Shown in pieces: positions 18,722-31,642 of a DNA stretch of 64,000 nucleotides; within the stretch, counting starts at the first letter, position 1; each line of letters opens with the position of its first letter. Under the pieces are notes generated by a model. The model was given only the letters and a program-made list of their open reading frames with translations. It did no database searches and was not told the DNA's origin. Both the position numbers and the translations under genes were made by a program. The stretch lies in contig QPMI01000141.1 in the NCBI GenBank assembly GCA_004431415.1, positions 1 through 64,000 on the forward strand. Reading direction: 5' to 3'. Source of the stretch: Cyanophora paradoxa CCMP329 (taxonomy: Eukaryota; Plantae; Glaucophyta).

Positions 18722-21350
18722 ATGCAGCGTGCGGCGGGCGCCAGCATGAAGCTGGTGCGCAGCCCGCCGCGCCCTCCGCTCACTCCGAGCCGCGCATTGC
18801 CTCCCGAACCTCCTCGCTGTCGACACGCGGCCGTGAAGGCCGCGCGCGCCATACCTTGTTTATCTATCACAGCACGGCGATGTAAGGCGATTTGCATCGT
18901 CTAATAGGCAGGACGCGACCCGTCGCTTGCGTCGGCGAGCACGCGGTCTTAGCGGGCCGAACCTTAAGAGCCGGCTTCGTGTATCTGGGAAGCATTCGAT
19001 AGCCGTTATTCCGAGTCTGATGCCCCCGTGTTTGCTCGTGTCGCAGGCGCGCCCCCAGCTGCGCAGCGCCCTGGGCCTCCGGCCGATGTCCGTGCCTGCG
19101 AAGGCCTATGATCCTACCGATGGCAAGCAGATCTTCTCCAACCCGAAGATGATCTGGCCGGAGACCAAGGTCCGCATGTGCCTGTCCGAGGCTTGCCGCA
19201 TCACCGCTGATTGACGCGCAGGTCACGGTGCTGCCGAACGGCCTCCGCGTCGCCACCGAGCGCACGCCGTCGATCAACAGCACTGTCTCCGTTGGCGTGT
19301 GGGTCGATGCCGGCAGCCGGTTCGAGACTGAGAAGAACAACGGCGTCGCGCACTTCCTGGAGCACATGGCCTTCAAGGTGCGCTCTCGCAGGAGCGTGCA
19401 TATCATTCGTTTTCCTTTCCTCCTGCACTTGCAGAATCGCCGCTTAAGACGAGTATTGAGCGTCGATTTTGAAGGGTGCAGAGACTAGCACATCGCCTAT
19501 TTAGCGACGGGCTCGCGTGCACGGCTATGCCGCGCGCCCCACGCTTAAGACGAGACATTCTTAACATTTAGCACTTGTTTCAATCATCACGCGTGGCGCA
19601 CCCTTCGGGTCGCCGCCCTCCGTCCTGGAGGCGCCCCCTTCCTTGTTTTGTGGCCATCCTCCCCCTTCCGCACTTTGCAGAATCGCCGCTTAAGAAACAG
19701 TATTGAGCGCCGATTTTGAAGGGTGCGAAGAGCACCTCGCTGGAAGCTTGAAGCGGGGGCCGCGCTCCCCGCGGCCCCCGCGTCCGAAGGCGGGACACTC
19801 ACTGCTCCTTTCTTCTCCCCTCTCTTCCTTTTCCTTTGCGTCCCACCTCGGCCGGGCGCCTGACCTCGCTCCGCAGGGCACCAAGCGCCGGACGCAGTAC
19901 GACCTTGAGACGGAGGTCGAGAACATCGGCGGGCACCTGAACGCCTACACCTCGCGCGAGCAGGTCCGCCCGGCACCGCATAGCGCCCCGCCGCGCCGCG
20001 CTGGGGCGTGGCTCCCCGCCAGAGCTGACGCGGCGGGGGGCGGGCAGACCTGCTACTACGCGAAGGTGCACAAGGGGAACACGGCGCAGGCGGTGGACAT
20101 CCTGTCGGACATCCTCCAGAACTCCGTCTTCTCCGCCGAGAAGTGCGCCGCCCCCGAGAGTGCCCGGCCCGCGCCCGCGCCGCGGGGCGCCCCGCTGAGC
20201 GCCGGCGGCAGCGTCGAGCGGGAGCGGGACGTCATCCTCCGCGAGATGGAGGAGATCGACGCACACACGCAGGAGTTCATCTTCGACCAGCTCCACGCCC
20301 AGGTCCGCCCCCGCGCCCGCGCCCCGCCCCCGCTCCGGCGCGCCGCGCACCGCCCGCCGCGCCGGCCTGACCTCCCTCCTCGCGCTCCTGCAGGCGTTCC
20401 AGGGCTCGGCGCTCGGCCGCACGATCCTGGGCGAGCAGTCGAACGTGGAGCAGATCACGCGCGACGACTGCCTGGCGTTCATCCGGGAGCACTACACGGC
20501 GCCCCGCATGGTCCTCGCCGCCGCCGGCGCCGTCGACCACGACGAGCTCGTCCAGCTCGCCACCAAGCACTTCATGAGCCTGCCCACCGACCCCGCCAAG
20601 GTCGCCCCCGCCCCCGCGCCCTTCGTCGGCTCCGAGGTGCCCGCGCCCGCGCCCGCGCCCGCGCCCCTCCCCGCCCCCTCCCGCAGCCGAGCCGAGCGTC
20701 TGGGGCGCTCGCAGGTCCGCGTGCGCAACGACGAGATGCCGGAGCTCTCGTTCGCGCTGGCGTACAAGACCTGCGGCTGGACGCACTCGGACGCCGTGCC
20801 GCTCATGGTCATGCAGGCGATGGTCGGCTCGTGGGACGTCGCCCACTGGGCCGGCGCGCACGCCTCGTCCGGCCTGGGCAAGATGGTCACGCAGTACGGC
20901 ATCGCGAACCGCTTCTACGGCTTCAACACGACCTACTCGGACACCGGCCTCTTCGGCGTCTACGCCGAGGTCAACCCGGAGGGGGACACGCCCCAGGACA
21001 TGGTCTACGCCATCCAGCACGAGCTCGTCCGCTTCTGCTTCCGGCCCGAGGAGGACGAGGTGGAGCGCGCCAAGGCGAACCTCAAGGTCCAGATCCTCAC
21101 GCAGCTCGAGCACGGGTCGACGGAGGTGGCGGAGGACATCGGGCGGCAGATGATCGCGTACGGGCGGCGGATACCGATCCCCGAGATGTTCGCGCGCATC
21201 GACGCCGTCAACGTCGACACCATCAAGGAGGTCGCCTCCCGCTACATCTACGACCGCGACCACGCCGCCGCCTCGTTCGGCCCCGTCAACAACCAGAACC
21301 TCCCCGACTACAACTGGGTCCGCCGCCGCTCCTACTGGCTCCGCTATTAG
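18722..21350 (+). CDS. PMPCB: Mitochondrial processing peptidase beta subunit (M16), multi-exon
   Basis: [57 protein letters not shown]-terminal [16 protein letters not shown]. Confidence 0.95.
19423..19560 (+). ncRNA. Candidate intronic box H/ACA snoRNA 1
   Basis: Hairpin, H box AGACTA (19482-19487), hairpin, ACA (19555-19557); pocket strands GCAGA and TTTGAA, 14 nt from the H box. Confidence 0.7.
19668..19800 (+). ncRNA. Candidate intronic box H/ACA snoRNA 2
   Basis: Paralogous 5' hairpin, H box AGAGCA (19729-19734), different 3' hairpin, ACA (19795-19797). Confidence 0.7.
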
Positions 21351-21546
21351 GCGCCCCCCCGGCCGCCCCGTCGCCCGCCCCAACGCCCATCTCGCGGGCG
21401 GCGGCACCCCCCAGCCTAGTGCTCCCCAGTTCAGCTAGCCGTTCGTTTCCCCGCGCGCGACGCGCAGGGCAGTCATAATCTTCTTTCCAATTCAGTACTC
21501 CATGAGTAGCGAGAGGCGCGCGAGCACAGGCGCCGCTCAGGTCTGG

Positions 21547-23283
21547 TTAGCGCTGCGGGGGGGCGTGGAGGGAGGGGTAGTGGAGCGCCGAGGAGGGTCC
21601 GGAGGGGATGGGGTGTCCGGCGGCGAGGGAGCGGACGAGGGCGGGCCAGTAGGAGGGGATGGCGTCCCACGGGTTGCCGTCCTTGAACGAGTCGTCCGTT
21701 GCGTAGAACCACCCGAACCTTGCGCACATCGCGGGTTAACAAGAGGCAAAGACGTGAGAACGAATGCGGCTCATTACCGGCGCTCCTCGGCGAGCTTAAG
21801 GGCGGAGGGGAGCTCCCTCGCCTCCGTCTCGTACTGCTCGAAGCTCAGCGGGCTTCACAGGCGGGGCGGCGGGGGCGGGCGCGCCATCATCGCTGCGAAT
21901 CGCTCCCGCGGGAAGTGCGAGACCTGAGGCCGCGCGGTTGCGGTCAGAAGAGCCGCTGGGCGTGGGAGGGGGACCGGGGGCCCAGGCCCCGCCGCGGGGC
22001 CAGGCCGGGCCGGGGCTGGCGCGCCTCGAGGAAGGGGCGCTGGAATCGGCCGAGGTCGCAGAACTGCCGCCCGCGGTGCGGCGCCCACTGCATCGCGTCC
22101 CTGCGTCCCTTCCTCACCCCGAAGTCGCTGGGTGGGGGCGACAAGGGGGGGCACCAGTACTTGGCCTTGGGGCGGGTGCGGCCGCTGTCGTACTCGTTCT
22201 CGAAGAGGACGACGACGTCGCCGCAGGGGCCCCCCGGGTGGTCCAGGTAGCACTGCAGCGTGTGCGAGCCCCTGGAGGGGTGTTAGAGGGGCGCGAGGTG
22301 GGGGGGGGAGGGAAGGGGGGTACGGGTTGAGGACGACGAGGCCGTCGCCGTCGGGGGCGAAAGCGGGCGCCGGGCCGGCGCGGAGGCCGGGGCGCCAGGC
22401 GGCGGCCTTGACGCGGCGGTAGACGGCTTGGTAGAAGGCGACGTCGCGGGCGACCTTGGCCCCGTCCTCGGCCCCCATCCACGCGTTCGGCGCCTGCGGG
22501 TGCGTCAGGCGCTGGAGTCCGAACTGGGACAAGACGGGGCGCCGGGGCCGGACCTCGTCGACGAAGATGCCGGACATGGCGAGCGCGGGGTCCGCCCTGC
22601 CCCACTCCTCGTACCTCCGAATGTCCTCTGCAGGCAGCCCGGCCGGGGTCAGGAGGCTGAAGGGATTCGGCGGGCTGGGTCGCGCGGGGGCACCGTAGAC
22701 TCGCTCCAGGCTGCGCTTCCCCCACTCCTGCGCCCGGCGTCACGGGTCGCCGCCCCGCAAGCGGCCGGGGCGCTCACCGTCTTGATGTAGCCGATCATGT
22801 GGACGCCGTGCTGGGAGAGAAGCTGCAGGCCCATGCCATGGGGGGCTCAGACGAGGCGCCCGCCGGCGCGGGTGCCTGCACGCAGCCGCACCCGGATGGC
22901 TTTCTCGTAGTCTGTGTTGGGACGGTCCGCCTTGGGGCCGTCCTCAGGATTGACGATGACGAACGCGGGGAGCTGCGCATGCGCAGTTCGTGTACGGCTC
23001 AAATGCGAGCCGCGGGTGCGCGGCGCGGCTCAGCAAGCAAAGGGAATGATATAAGCAAGCCATTCAAGCGCGCGCGCAGGTAGGCGTGCGTGTGCTAAGG
23101 CGAGCGCGGCAGAACCACATTGCGCGAATTGCGGCCGTGCGGCGCGCGCGCGCGCGCGCGCGGGGCGGCGAGCGCTGCGCAAACCTGTGGGTGTTTCGAA
23201 AGCTCTTCCGCAACGGGCCGCCATACGCTCTCCAGCACTTCGGGCGTCGGATACGCGTAGAGCGGAACGTACAGCCCGAGCAT
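21547..23283 (-). CDS. Spherulation-specific family 4 (spherulin-4/GH135-like) protein, multi-exon
   Basis: LYVPLYAYP, VIVNPEDGP, IGYIKT, GIFVDE, VVLNP, VVLFE, GWFYATDD...NPWDAIPSYW. Confidence 0.85.
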
Positions 23284-23426
23284 CCTCTGCGCGCGCGATG
23301 CTGGCGGTGGGTTTGCGGAACAAACGCACGGCACAGCAGCGGCGGTGCTGACGCGACGCACTGCGATTGCGACGTTGTCGCTGGGTCGAGCTGAACCTCA
23401 GTACCCGTCGAAAGAAAAAAAGGAAG

Positions 23427-23695
23427 ATGTCGGCGAACGAGACAGCGGCTGTGCCTGCGTCGGCGCCTGCGCCCGCCAATGGTGAAGCTCCCAAGAAGAA
23501 GAAGATCTGCTGCGCGTGCCCCGAGACGAAGAAGGCCCGCGACGAGTGCATCGTGGAGAACGGCGAGGCCGCGTGCGAGAAGTTCATCGAGGCGCACAAG
23601 GTTTGCCTGAGGAAAGAAGGCTTCGACGTGCGTGCTCGCCGCGGCCTGAAGCGCTGTACCTGTTGGGCGCTTGACGGCGGCCGGCGCAGGTCTAA
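23427..23695 (+). CDS. COX17: Cytochrome c oxidase copper chaperone
   Basis: [43 protein letters not shown]; intron 23628-23689 before the final Val-stop. Confidence 0.95.
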
Positions 23696-23997
23696 TGGAG
23701 CGCGAGCGCCTCGCCGCCGGCGTGCGCAATTTCAGCAGCACCGCCGCTCGGCGCGGCCGGCTAGCCGCCCAGCGCGCCGGCGGGCCGCGGCCGCCGCTGC
23801 GTGCGTCAAGTGCGTCACGGCACGTTCCACGGCGAGCAGCTTCCAGCCAGGTTAGCTACAGTAGAGCAGCATACTATCGATAATTTACCCGCATCTTAAC
23901 ATTAGCAGCGTATAGATATGAGTAGGAAGAGAGACCCGCATCTGAATGCCATCACATACATCGTTGACCTGTCGGCTACACCGCTAGGCCTTGCAAC

Positions 23998-24210
23998 ATG
24001 GCATGCACGCGTGCACGGTTTTGCATGAATTGAGATAGCTCCTTGGCCGGGACCGCGCTCCGATAGAACGCGCCCCGCGTTTTCCTTACTAGTAGATTGC
24101 GCCCGTCGTCATGGCATGCAAGCGCGCGCGCACGGTTTTGAGATGGCTCCTTGGCCGGGACGACGTTTCAATAGAACGCGCCCGTTTTCCGCGCCGTACT
24201 AGTAGACCGC
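23998..24210. repeat. Two-copy ~105-bp imperfect tandem duplication in intergenic/3' UTR DNA
   Basis: ATGGCATGCA...GCACGGTTTTG...GCTCCTTGGCCGGGAC...ATAGAACGCGCCC...TACTAGTAGA twice. Confidence 0.75.
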
Positions 24211-24237
24211 GGCCGCGCCCCGCGGCCTCGCGCACTC

Positions 24238-25609
24238 TCAGCGGCAGACGCCGACGCATCGTTGAAAGCTACACATGCACACGACTAGTGCTACCTGTTC
24301 CTACCGGGTTGCCCGCGACGGGGGGCTCTTCCCGCGGTCCCGCGAGGAGCGCGTGCTCCCCGCCCCGTGCTGGCTCCTCGCCGCCAGCAGCGTCCTGCGC
24401 GGGCGTCAGCGGGCCTCCCGAGGGGCGCGGCCGCCCTCCACGCGGGGCGCGCCTCGTGTTCTTCTTGTTCAGGATCTGCGGGGGGGAGGGCCGGCGTCAG
24501 CGCTGTGGGGCGGGACGGACGGTTCCAGGGGTATGAAGGCCGGGGCCGGGGTACGCGCGCGCCCCGCAGTACTCGGTGAAAGAGAGGATGCGGTTTGTCT
24601 CGATGTCGGCCTCGTCCTGCGTGCCCAGAGGCTCGCCGCTGCCGCCCGCGGGCCCCGTGGGGGGGTACGCGGGCGCACGAAGAGCTCCTTGACGGCGTAG
24701 TCCATGCGCTCCTTCCCGTACCTCACGTACATCGACTGGAGGGGCGTGAGGGGAGGGGTACATGATCGGGCAAGGCGCGAGGGGTACGCGGACCTGGAGG
24801 CACTCCTCGATTGTGATGGCCCCGCTCCCGTCCGAGTCCTGCACTGCGCGGTGCTCGGCGCGGGCTTCGGAGGGGGGGAGCGGCGGGATGGGGGTACGGC
24901 GCACTCATGAACTCCACGAGGCGGAAGAGGCGGCGGGGCTCGAGGCCCGTCTTGTCCGCCCGGCACCTGCGGGGCGGACGGGCGCTCGGCGCAATCGCCT
25001 CGCGTCCCCTCGGGCGGGGCGGGGCGGGGGCGGGGCGGGGGCGGGCCGGGGGCGGACCTGAAGAACATGGACTGGAACTGGGCGGTCGTGGGGGGAGGGG
25101 CGCCGGGAGTGAGCAGGGGCGACGCTGGAAGCGGCGGGTATGCTACCTCGTCCCAGTTCACGACAGAATCGCTGCGGGGCGGGGAGGTGAGGGGGCGTTC
25201 CGAGAAGCGAGCTAAAGGAGCGCGGCGCGCGGGCGCGCAGGGCACGAACCAGTCCTCGTCGACCTCCCATATGATCTCCTGCGAGGCGCGCTTTCTTCAG
25301 GGACGGGGCGCGCGGGCGAGCGAGCGGCCAGCTCTGACCTGCGACTCGTTCTTCTTCAGGTTGTGCTTCAGCTTGGCGTAAGTCTCCGCGAGCTCATCCG
25401 GGTCTATGACGCCGTCGCGCTTCTTGTCGAGCCTGCGCAGGCGCAGGGCGCCGACGCGTGAGGAACGGCCGGCAGCGAGGCGCTCCGAGTGCGCTGCCTT
25501 TCAGCCGCGGGCCGGGGGCAGCGCACGAGTCAAACACACGGCGGAGGTTGCTCATCTCAAGCACTGTCAGGCCACCGCCGTGGCCACCTGCCCTCGGCGT
25601 GCGGCTCAT
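24238..25609 (-). CDS. EF-hand (calmodulin-like) protein, multi-exon
   Basis: DKKRDGVIDPDE, IIWEVDED..SVVNWDEF, DKTGLEPRRLF, DSDGSGAITIEE; 3' end approximate. Confidence 0.8.
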
Positions 25610-26219
25610 TGTTGCTTAACTGCCAAACTCGCAGCGCGTCCAAGCGATGGCAGAGCGAAGAAAGGTCACGCAGATGAGCCTCTAAAGCGTTGCCAGTGCC
25701 GTGCCCGCTCCCGCGCCCGCAAGAGAAGCAAGGCAAGTTCGACGTGACGACGCTGTGCACGCCAGCGACCGGCTGAAGGACGATGGCTCTGTCAAGAGGT
25801 GACGGCGCGCTTCTGGATGCTGGATCTGCTATGCTCTAATCTGTGAGGCGCGCAATGCCGCAGTCACCGTTTACGTGCGTATACCCGTGCAAGACCGCTG
25901 GCGCCTGGCGCTGGGGCTGGCGCTAGCGCTGGCGTCGCAGGCCTTCAACGCTCGAGCTCACAAGCAGCACAGGCTCCTGAAGAGCAGCACCGTGGCACTG
26001 TTGGGGCTGTCGGCCGACGTCCCATGGACAGCCGAAGCAAATTTGATCGCCGCGCTCTGGCCGCGCTCACGAACGCCGAGGTCAGCCCCCGTCCCCTAGA
26101 CTGGCGGACCCGGCGCCGGCTGCAGCTCCGCTGGGCGGACGGAGCGCTGACCGAGCCTGCGAAAACTAAGTACACTGCCTAGGGCCTACGCGCACTGCAC
26201 AGCCTGCCTACGGAATTCG

Positions 26220-28770
26220 CTAGATGAGGTCGTCGTCGGGGGGAGGGGGCGCGCCGGGGTGCAGGGAGGAGGAGGCGCGGGGGGCGGCGAAGGCGGGCGG
26301 GGCGGGGGTAGGCGGGCCGGGGCCGCCGGGCCGCGCCGGCTCGGGGTGCTCGGGCTCCGGGTCCGTCTGGACAGCCGCCTCAGCGTAGGAGCCGGCCGGC
26401 AGCTGCGGCGTGCGGGTCCGGAGGCTGCGGGCGGAGCGCGGCTGCTGAGGCGTCGCCGACGCGGCCTTGCCGGCGGCGGCGGCGCCCCAGTGCGCCGCGA
26501 CCAGCTGCTCCATCACCTTCACGATCGCCCCCGAGACCTAGAAGCGTGTGAGATTCTCTTGAGGAAATTTGAAAAGGAGCTTGGGATGGGGCGAGCGGGC
26601 CTTGGCGATCTCCTCGTTCCAGAACTTCTCGGACTCCTCGATCATGCCCTCGGAGAGGACGCGGGAGAACTGGTTGAGGAGCCAGCTGGCGCGGGACTTG
26701 GAGAACTTGAGGTCCATCGGCCCGAAGATCAGCGGCCGCTTCTCGACCTCGAAGACGGGAACATCGCCCTTGACGCCCACCGCGATCGGCAGAGCCAGCC
26801 GCCGGATCAGGATGTCCGCGTCCGCGTCCCCCCGGAACTGGGCCCCCCCGCGTCGTCCCCCGCCGGAAGGGGAGGGGCGGGGCGGCGCGCACGGTCATGG
26901 GGGGGAAGGACTTGCGCTTCACCACCCAGTGCACGCCCTCGCTCTTGAGACGCACGTTCGTGCTGCGGGGAGAGCGGGCGGGGGGGCGGTCGGGGCTCGG
27001 AGGGAGGGGATGGGATGGGGCGGGGGCGAGGGCGCACAACTGGATGCTGATGGCGTTGGGGCGGACGATGAGCTGCGCGCACTGCATCGGGATGTGGACC
27101 TCCGTCAGCGCGATGTCCCGCAGCTCCCAGTCGTAGCTCCCCGTCCAGTCGACTGTGCCGTAAGTCAGCGCCGGGGCTCCGCAGGGGAGGGAAGGGGCGG
27201 GGCGGGGCGGACAGTAGTCGCCCGTGACGCGGGGGATGCGGGCCAGGCGGACGCTGCCCGTCAGGAAGCGGCCCCCGAGGAGCTGCGCGCGGGGGCGGCT
27301 CGAGCTCGGGCGGGGAGAGAGGAAGGGCGGGCGAGGAGGGCGCGCGCCATGATCTGGCGGAGGAGCGCGGCGCGCTTGTCGGGCTCCGCGAGCAGCAGGA
27401 GGAAGCTCACGATGTCCCGCGACTGCGCCGGCGTCTGAGTGGGGCGGGGCGGAGTGGCGGGGCGGGGCGGAGGGCGGCGGGGGGTACCTTGGCCTCGCCC
27501 TCGAGGTCCATGCCGGCGGTGGCCTCGTCGATGAGGGCCTGCAGCTCGGGCGAGGCATCCCCGATCGCCGCGTGCACCTGGTCCAGCGCCTCCTCCAGCT
27601 GCGAGCGAAGCCCGCTGAGACCGCGCGAGCGGGGCGGCCGGCGCGCTGCGCACCACGCTGCGGTACTCGTGGACGAGCGAGGGGTTTGCAGCGAGGAAGC
27701 GGTGCCGCATGCTCTCCGTGCCGCCCCCGATCGTCGCTGCCGGGCGGGGCGGTCGGCGGGGCGCGCGCGGGCGGGGCGCGCCCGGCGCGCGCACTCTTCA
27801 TCTGGCCGAGGACTTCGGAGAGCTCGTGGCTCCCCGCCAGGCTCAGAGCCATCCCCTTCATGTTGTCGATGAACTGGGGCAGGCGCGGGTGAGCGCGGGG
27901 CGCGCGGGCCGGCCGGCGGCGGCGCGCACGACTTCGCCGGCGTTCGAGGCGAGCCACGACTCGAACTGGCCGACCCAGACGGAGGCCACATCCGCGGCGC
28001 GCCCCGCGGCCGCCCCCGCGGCGCTCGACATCGTGTTGAGGGCTACTTCAGCGCCGTGCGGCATGCCCGCCAGCGTCGCCGATCCGCGCATCGATCCGCG
28101 CAGAGTCTGCGATATCTCCGATAGCTTTCGGACGGTGGCGGGCCCCGCAAAGTCTTCCATCTGGCGCAGCGCGCGACGGTGAGGCGAAGGAGCGGAGACC
28201 GGCGGCGACGTCGGGCCACGCGCGGACCGTGCGCAGGATCCTGTCCTGCATTCCCTCCTGCGGACAGAGCTCCCTCCATGTCTTCACCGCGGCCTCAAGG
28301 ACCTCGCGCGGGATCTCACGCTGGAAGCGCTCCGCCGTCTCAGCGGCCGTGTCCTGCGGGCCGCAGCATCGGCGAGTGCGCTCTCCTGTACGTTTGGACG
28401 GGTCACTGCATGCACCGCACCTTTGCTAAGACTGCCGCGGCCGGATTATCGGGCCGGGGGACGAAGTTCGATCCCCTTAGCTGCTCAGCGAGGGCGAGCG
28501 CTGTGAGGAACTCCGCGATCTCCCTCGAGTTCCTGCATTGACGTAGAATGTGCGTCAGCGCAGCAGAGTGCTCGCTCGGCGCGCGGACGAAGGCTTAAGT
28601 GGTTTGAAGTTGAGAACGTGTATGCACCGGCGCTCCTGCAGGCTGCTCGGGAGGCTCCCATTCGAAGGAGCTGTCGACGCGCACCCCGTGCCCGCGCCTC
28701 CAGGCGGCACTGCCCGAGTTGGCGGGCGCGGGGGCACTGTCGGCCCGAGGGCTTCGCCGGTCATTCGAGC
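26220..28770 (-). CDS. Uncharacterised protein, C-terminal region possibly BPI/TULIP-like, multi-exon
   Basis: Exon pieces IPRVTG..YDWELRDIAL..NVRLKSEGVHW.VKRKSFP..G.AD..DLKFSKSRASWLLNQF; start uncertain. Confidence 0.5.
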
Positions 28771-29387
28771 CCCGTAGTCATCGATTGGGGAGTGTGATGA
28801 AGCTGAACAACAAGCAGAGCTCAGGTCCCAGGCGGTTGCAGCAGCTGAGCTGCAGCGCAGGGGGGGATACCACGTGGAAGCAAGCACGCCTTCGATCAAA
28901 TCATGATCATGATCAGCTTGACTCGTGACGTATACCGTAGTACCTGCGCCGTAGCATGCACGCTTAAATCTTGCGGTCTATATTTGCAACTCCGGCCCGG
29001 CGCTGCTGCAGGACCGCCAGCATGCAGTTAAACGTTGACAATCTAGATCTTGAGCTGCTGCAGTGCCACCGCGCACGCGCCTGGATTCCCGTGGACCGCC
29101 AGCCGCGCGCGCCATAAAATTTTCAGGCCCATATGCATCGCCCGTGCACACGCCAAGCGCTCTTGCATTTCTGTTTCGAATTTCTAGAACGAATTACGGA
29201 ACGCACGCAGACTAAAACTACATAGGAAGGAGTGGGGGAGACTGGCGCTACGCTACACGAGAATTCTGAACCTGTTTGTACAAGCAAAGGGGAACGGGGG
29301 GCGCTCGCTCGCGCCGGCGGCGGCCGTCCCTCGGCCGCCGCCGAGTCGCGCGGCGCCGGCTGCGGGGCGCGGGGGACGAAGGGGGGC

Positions 29388-31579
29388 CTACTCGTCGTCG
29401 GCCTCGGCCTTCTTCTTCTTCTTCTGCGGGGAGAGTCAGGGGCCGTGCGAGCACGCTCGGGGCGGGCGGGCGAGCCTTCTTCTTCTCGCCCTCCTCCTCG
29501 GCCGCCGGCTCCGCCTCCGCCTCCTCCTCCGCCGCGCGCTTCTTCTTCTTCTTCTGCGGGGAGGCGTCGGCGGCCGGCGAATGCACGCGGGGGCGCGGGT
29601 TCAGGGGCCCCGCACCTTCTTCTCGCCCTCCTCCGCAGCAGCCTCCTCCGCGGGGGCCTCCTCCTCGGCCGCCGCCTTCTTCTCCTTCTTCTTCTTCTCC
29701 GACTTGGGGGCCTCCTCCTCAGCGGCGGCCTCGTCCTTGGCCGGTGTCTTGGGCGCGTTGCCCTTCTTGAGGTCGGGGTGGCCCTTGACCCAGTCGGCCG
29801 GGGTGGACTCGTTGGGGCGCCCGTGCTTGTCGAGCTTGCCGGCCGCCACGAGCTTCTTCTTCTCCTGCGCCTTGGGCCCGAGGCCCCACCGTCGCGGGTA
29901 CGTGTCCCGCTCCATGATCACGCGCTTGATCTTGGCCACGACGCCGTGGTCGCAGGTCGCCATGTCCGCCGCCGACATCTCCGCGATGCCCATCGCCACC
30001 GCCTCGCCCTTGGTCGACATCAGCACGCACTCCTCGCCGACCTGTGCCGCCGCCGCGTGGGTCGCCCGGCCGAGCGCGGAGCGAGCGCGCGGGCCGGGGC
30101 CGCAGCGGACCTCGATGCCGCCCTCGAAGCGGAGCAGGCCGGGGATCATGAGCTTGGCGCCGTAGCAGATGGCGTTGACCGCGCTGTCCTTCACGACGAT
30201 GCGCTTGAAGCCCGTCAGCACGACCTCCAGCGGCCGGATGACCCGCCGCAGGTACGTCTCTGCCGCCCCGTCAGCGCAGGGCGGCAGAGAGAGAGAGGGG
30301 CGGCGCCGATCCGCACCGTCCTTGTTGTTGTCGTACAGCCACTGCGCGTCCAGCACGTCGTGCATCGTGCACATCGCGTCCTGCTCGCGGAGCGGACAGT
30401 CAGGACTCTAAACGCAGGGCGCTGCGCACGCGGCGCGCTCGCCTTTTCACTGAGGGCACCGGAGCGCACACGCCGCAGCTCCTGCATGTGCGCGCCCACG
30501 CCGAGGAGCAGGCCGATGTGCACACAGAGCGTCCGGACGTACGTGCCGGCCTCGCAGCTGATCCAGAAGACGCCGAGGTGCCTGCACAGCGAGGGTGAGC
30601 GCAGGAAGGAGGGGGCGCGAGCGACGGGACGCACCGCTCGGCATCGTACTCGATGAGCTTGCTCTCGTAGATCGTGCGAATGCGGAGCTGGCGCTTGACG
30701 GCCGAAATAAGCGGGGGCCGCTGGAAGAGGGCGCCGGTGAGGGTCTCGATCGCCTACGGCAAGAGAAACCGTTAGCGAAGCTGCCAGTCTGTCGCCCAGC
30801 CGCCCAAGAGCATGCGCGGACCCTTGCGAGCTTGGCCTGGCTCTCAATGGGGCCGTGCAGCCTGATGACACCGACGTACTCCTTACCTGCACGCAGCGCA
30901 CTTCAGGGGCGCGCGAGATACGGCAACCGAGGGCAGGCAGGAGGGAGCGCCGCACCGGCGCTCTGCTGTGCCTTCACGAGGCGCGTAGCGCGGTCTATGC
31001 AGATGATGAGATCGCCAGTAACTTTCGGGTCCAGCGTGCCACTGTGGCCAGTCTTCTCGACGCGAAGGATGCGCTTCACCCACGCGACGACCTCGTGCGA
31101 CGAGGGATTCGCGGGCTTGTCCAGGTTAATGATGCCATACCTAACCGCAATTCAGCGAACGCCTCCCCCCCGCGACAATCCTCGCCCTTGCGATCGGGAC
31201 ACGCACCGAATGTACTCTTGCAGCGGCCGCTTCAGGGGCGAGTTTCCGGCCGGGATCGGCGTGTAATGTCCAGTGCGCACGTGCAGCTTGTCGTAGTTCT
31301 GCGTCCGAGGCCCCAGCGAGGGGTGGGTTCAATCGCGATCCAGCCGATCCCGGCGGGGAGCGCGGCACCTTCAGCAGCAGCGGCCACTTCGATGTGTCGA
31401 GTGTCGGAGTAATCGTCTCCGGCTTGATCTGGAAGTCTTCGGTGACCTGCTTCTCCGCGACCGACTTGCGCTCCTTCTTCTCCTTCTTCGCGCTCTTCGG
31501 CTTCTCTGGAAAGGGGGGCGATCAGTTCATTGAACCCACGCTAAGCAACCGGAGGCCTCGCACCCACGTCGGACGGCAT
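29388..31579 (-). CDS. DKC1: Dyskerin/Cbf5 H/ACA pseudouridine synthase, multi-exon
   Basis: [44 protein letters not shown] region, [15 protein letters not shown], Lys/Glu-rich tail. Confidence 0.96.
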
Positions 31580-31642
31580 CTTTGCTACCTGCTCGCCACC
31601 CGAGATTAGTGTACCCCCGTCGCGTGCGGCATCTGCAGCGAA

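Noticed and set aside
25875-26099. Small signal-peptide-like ORF
   Set aside because: Begins at GTG, no recognisable domain and no other support
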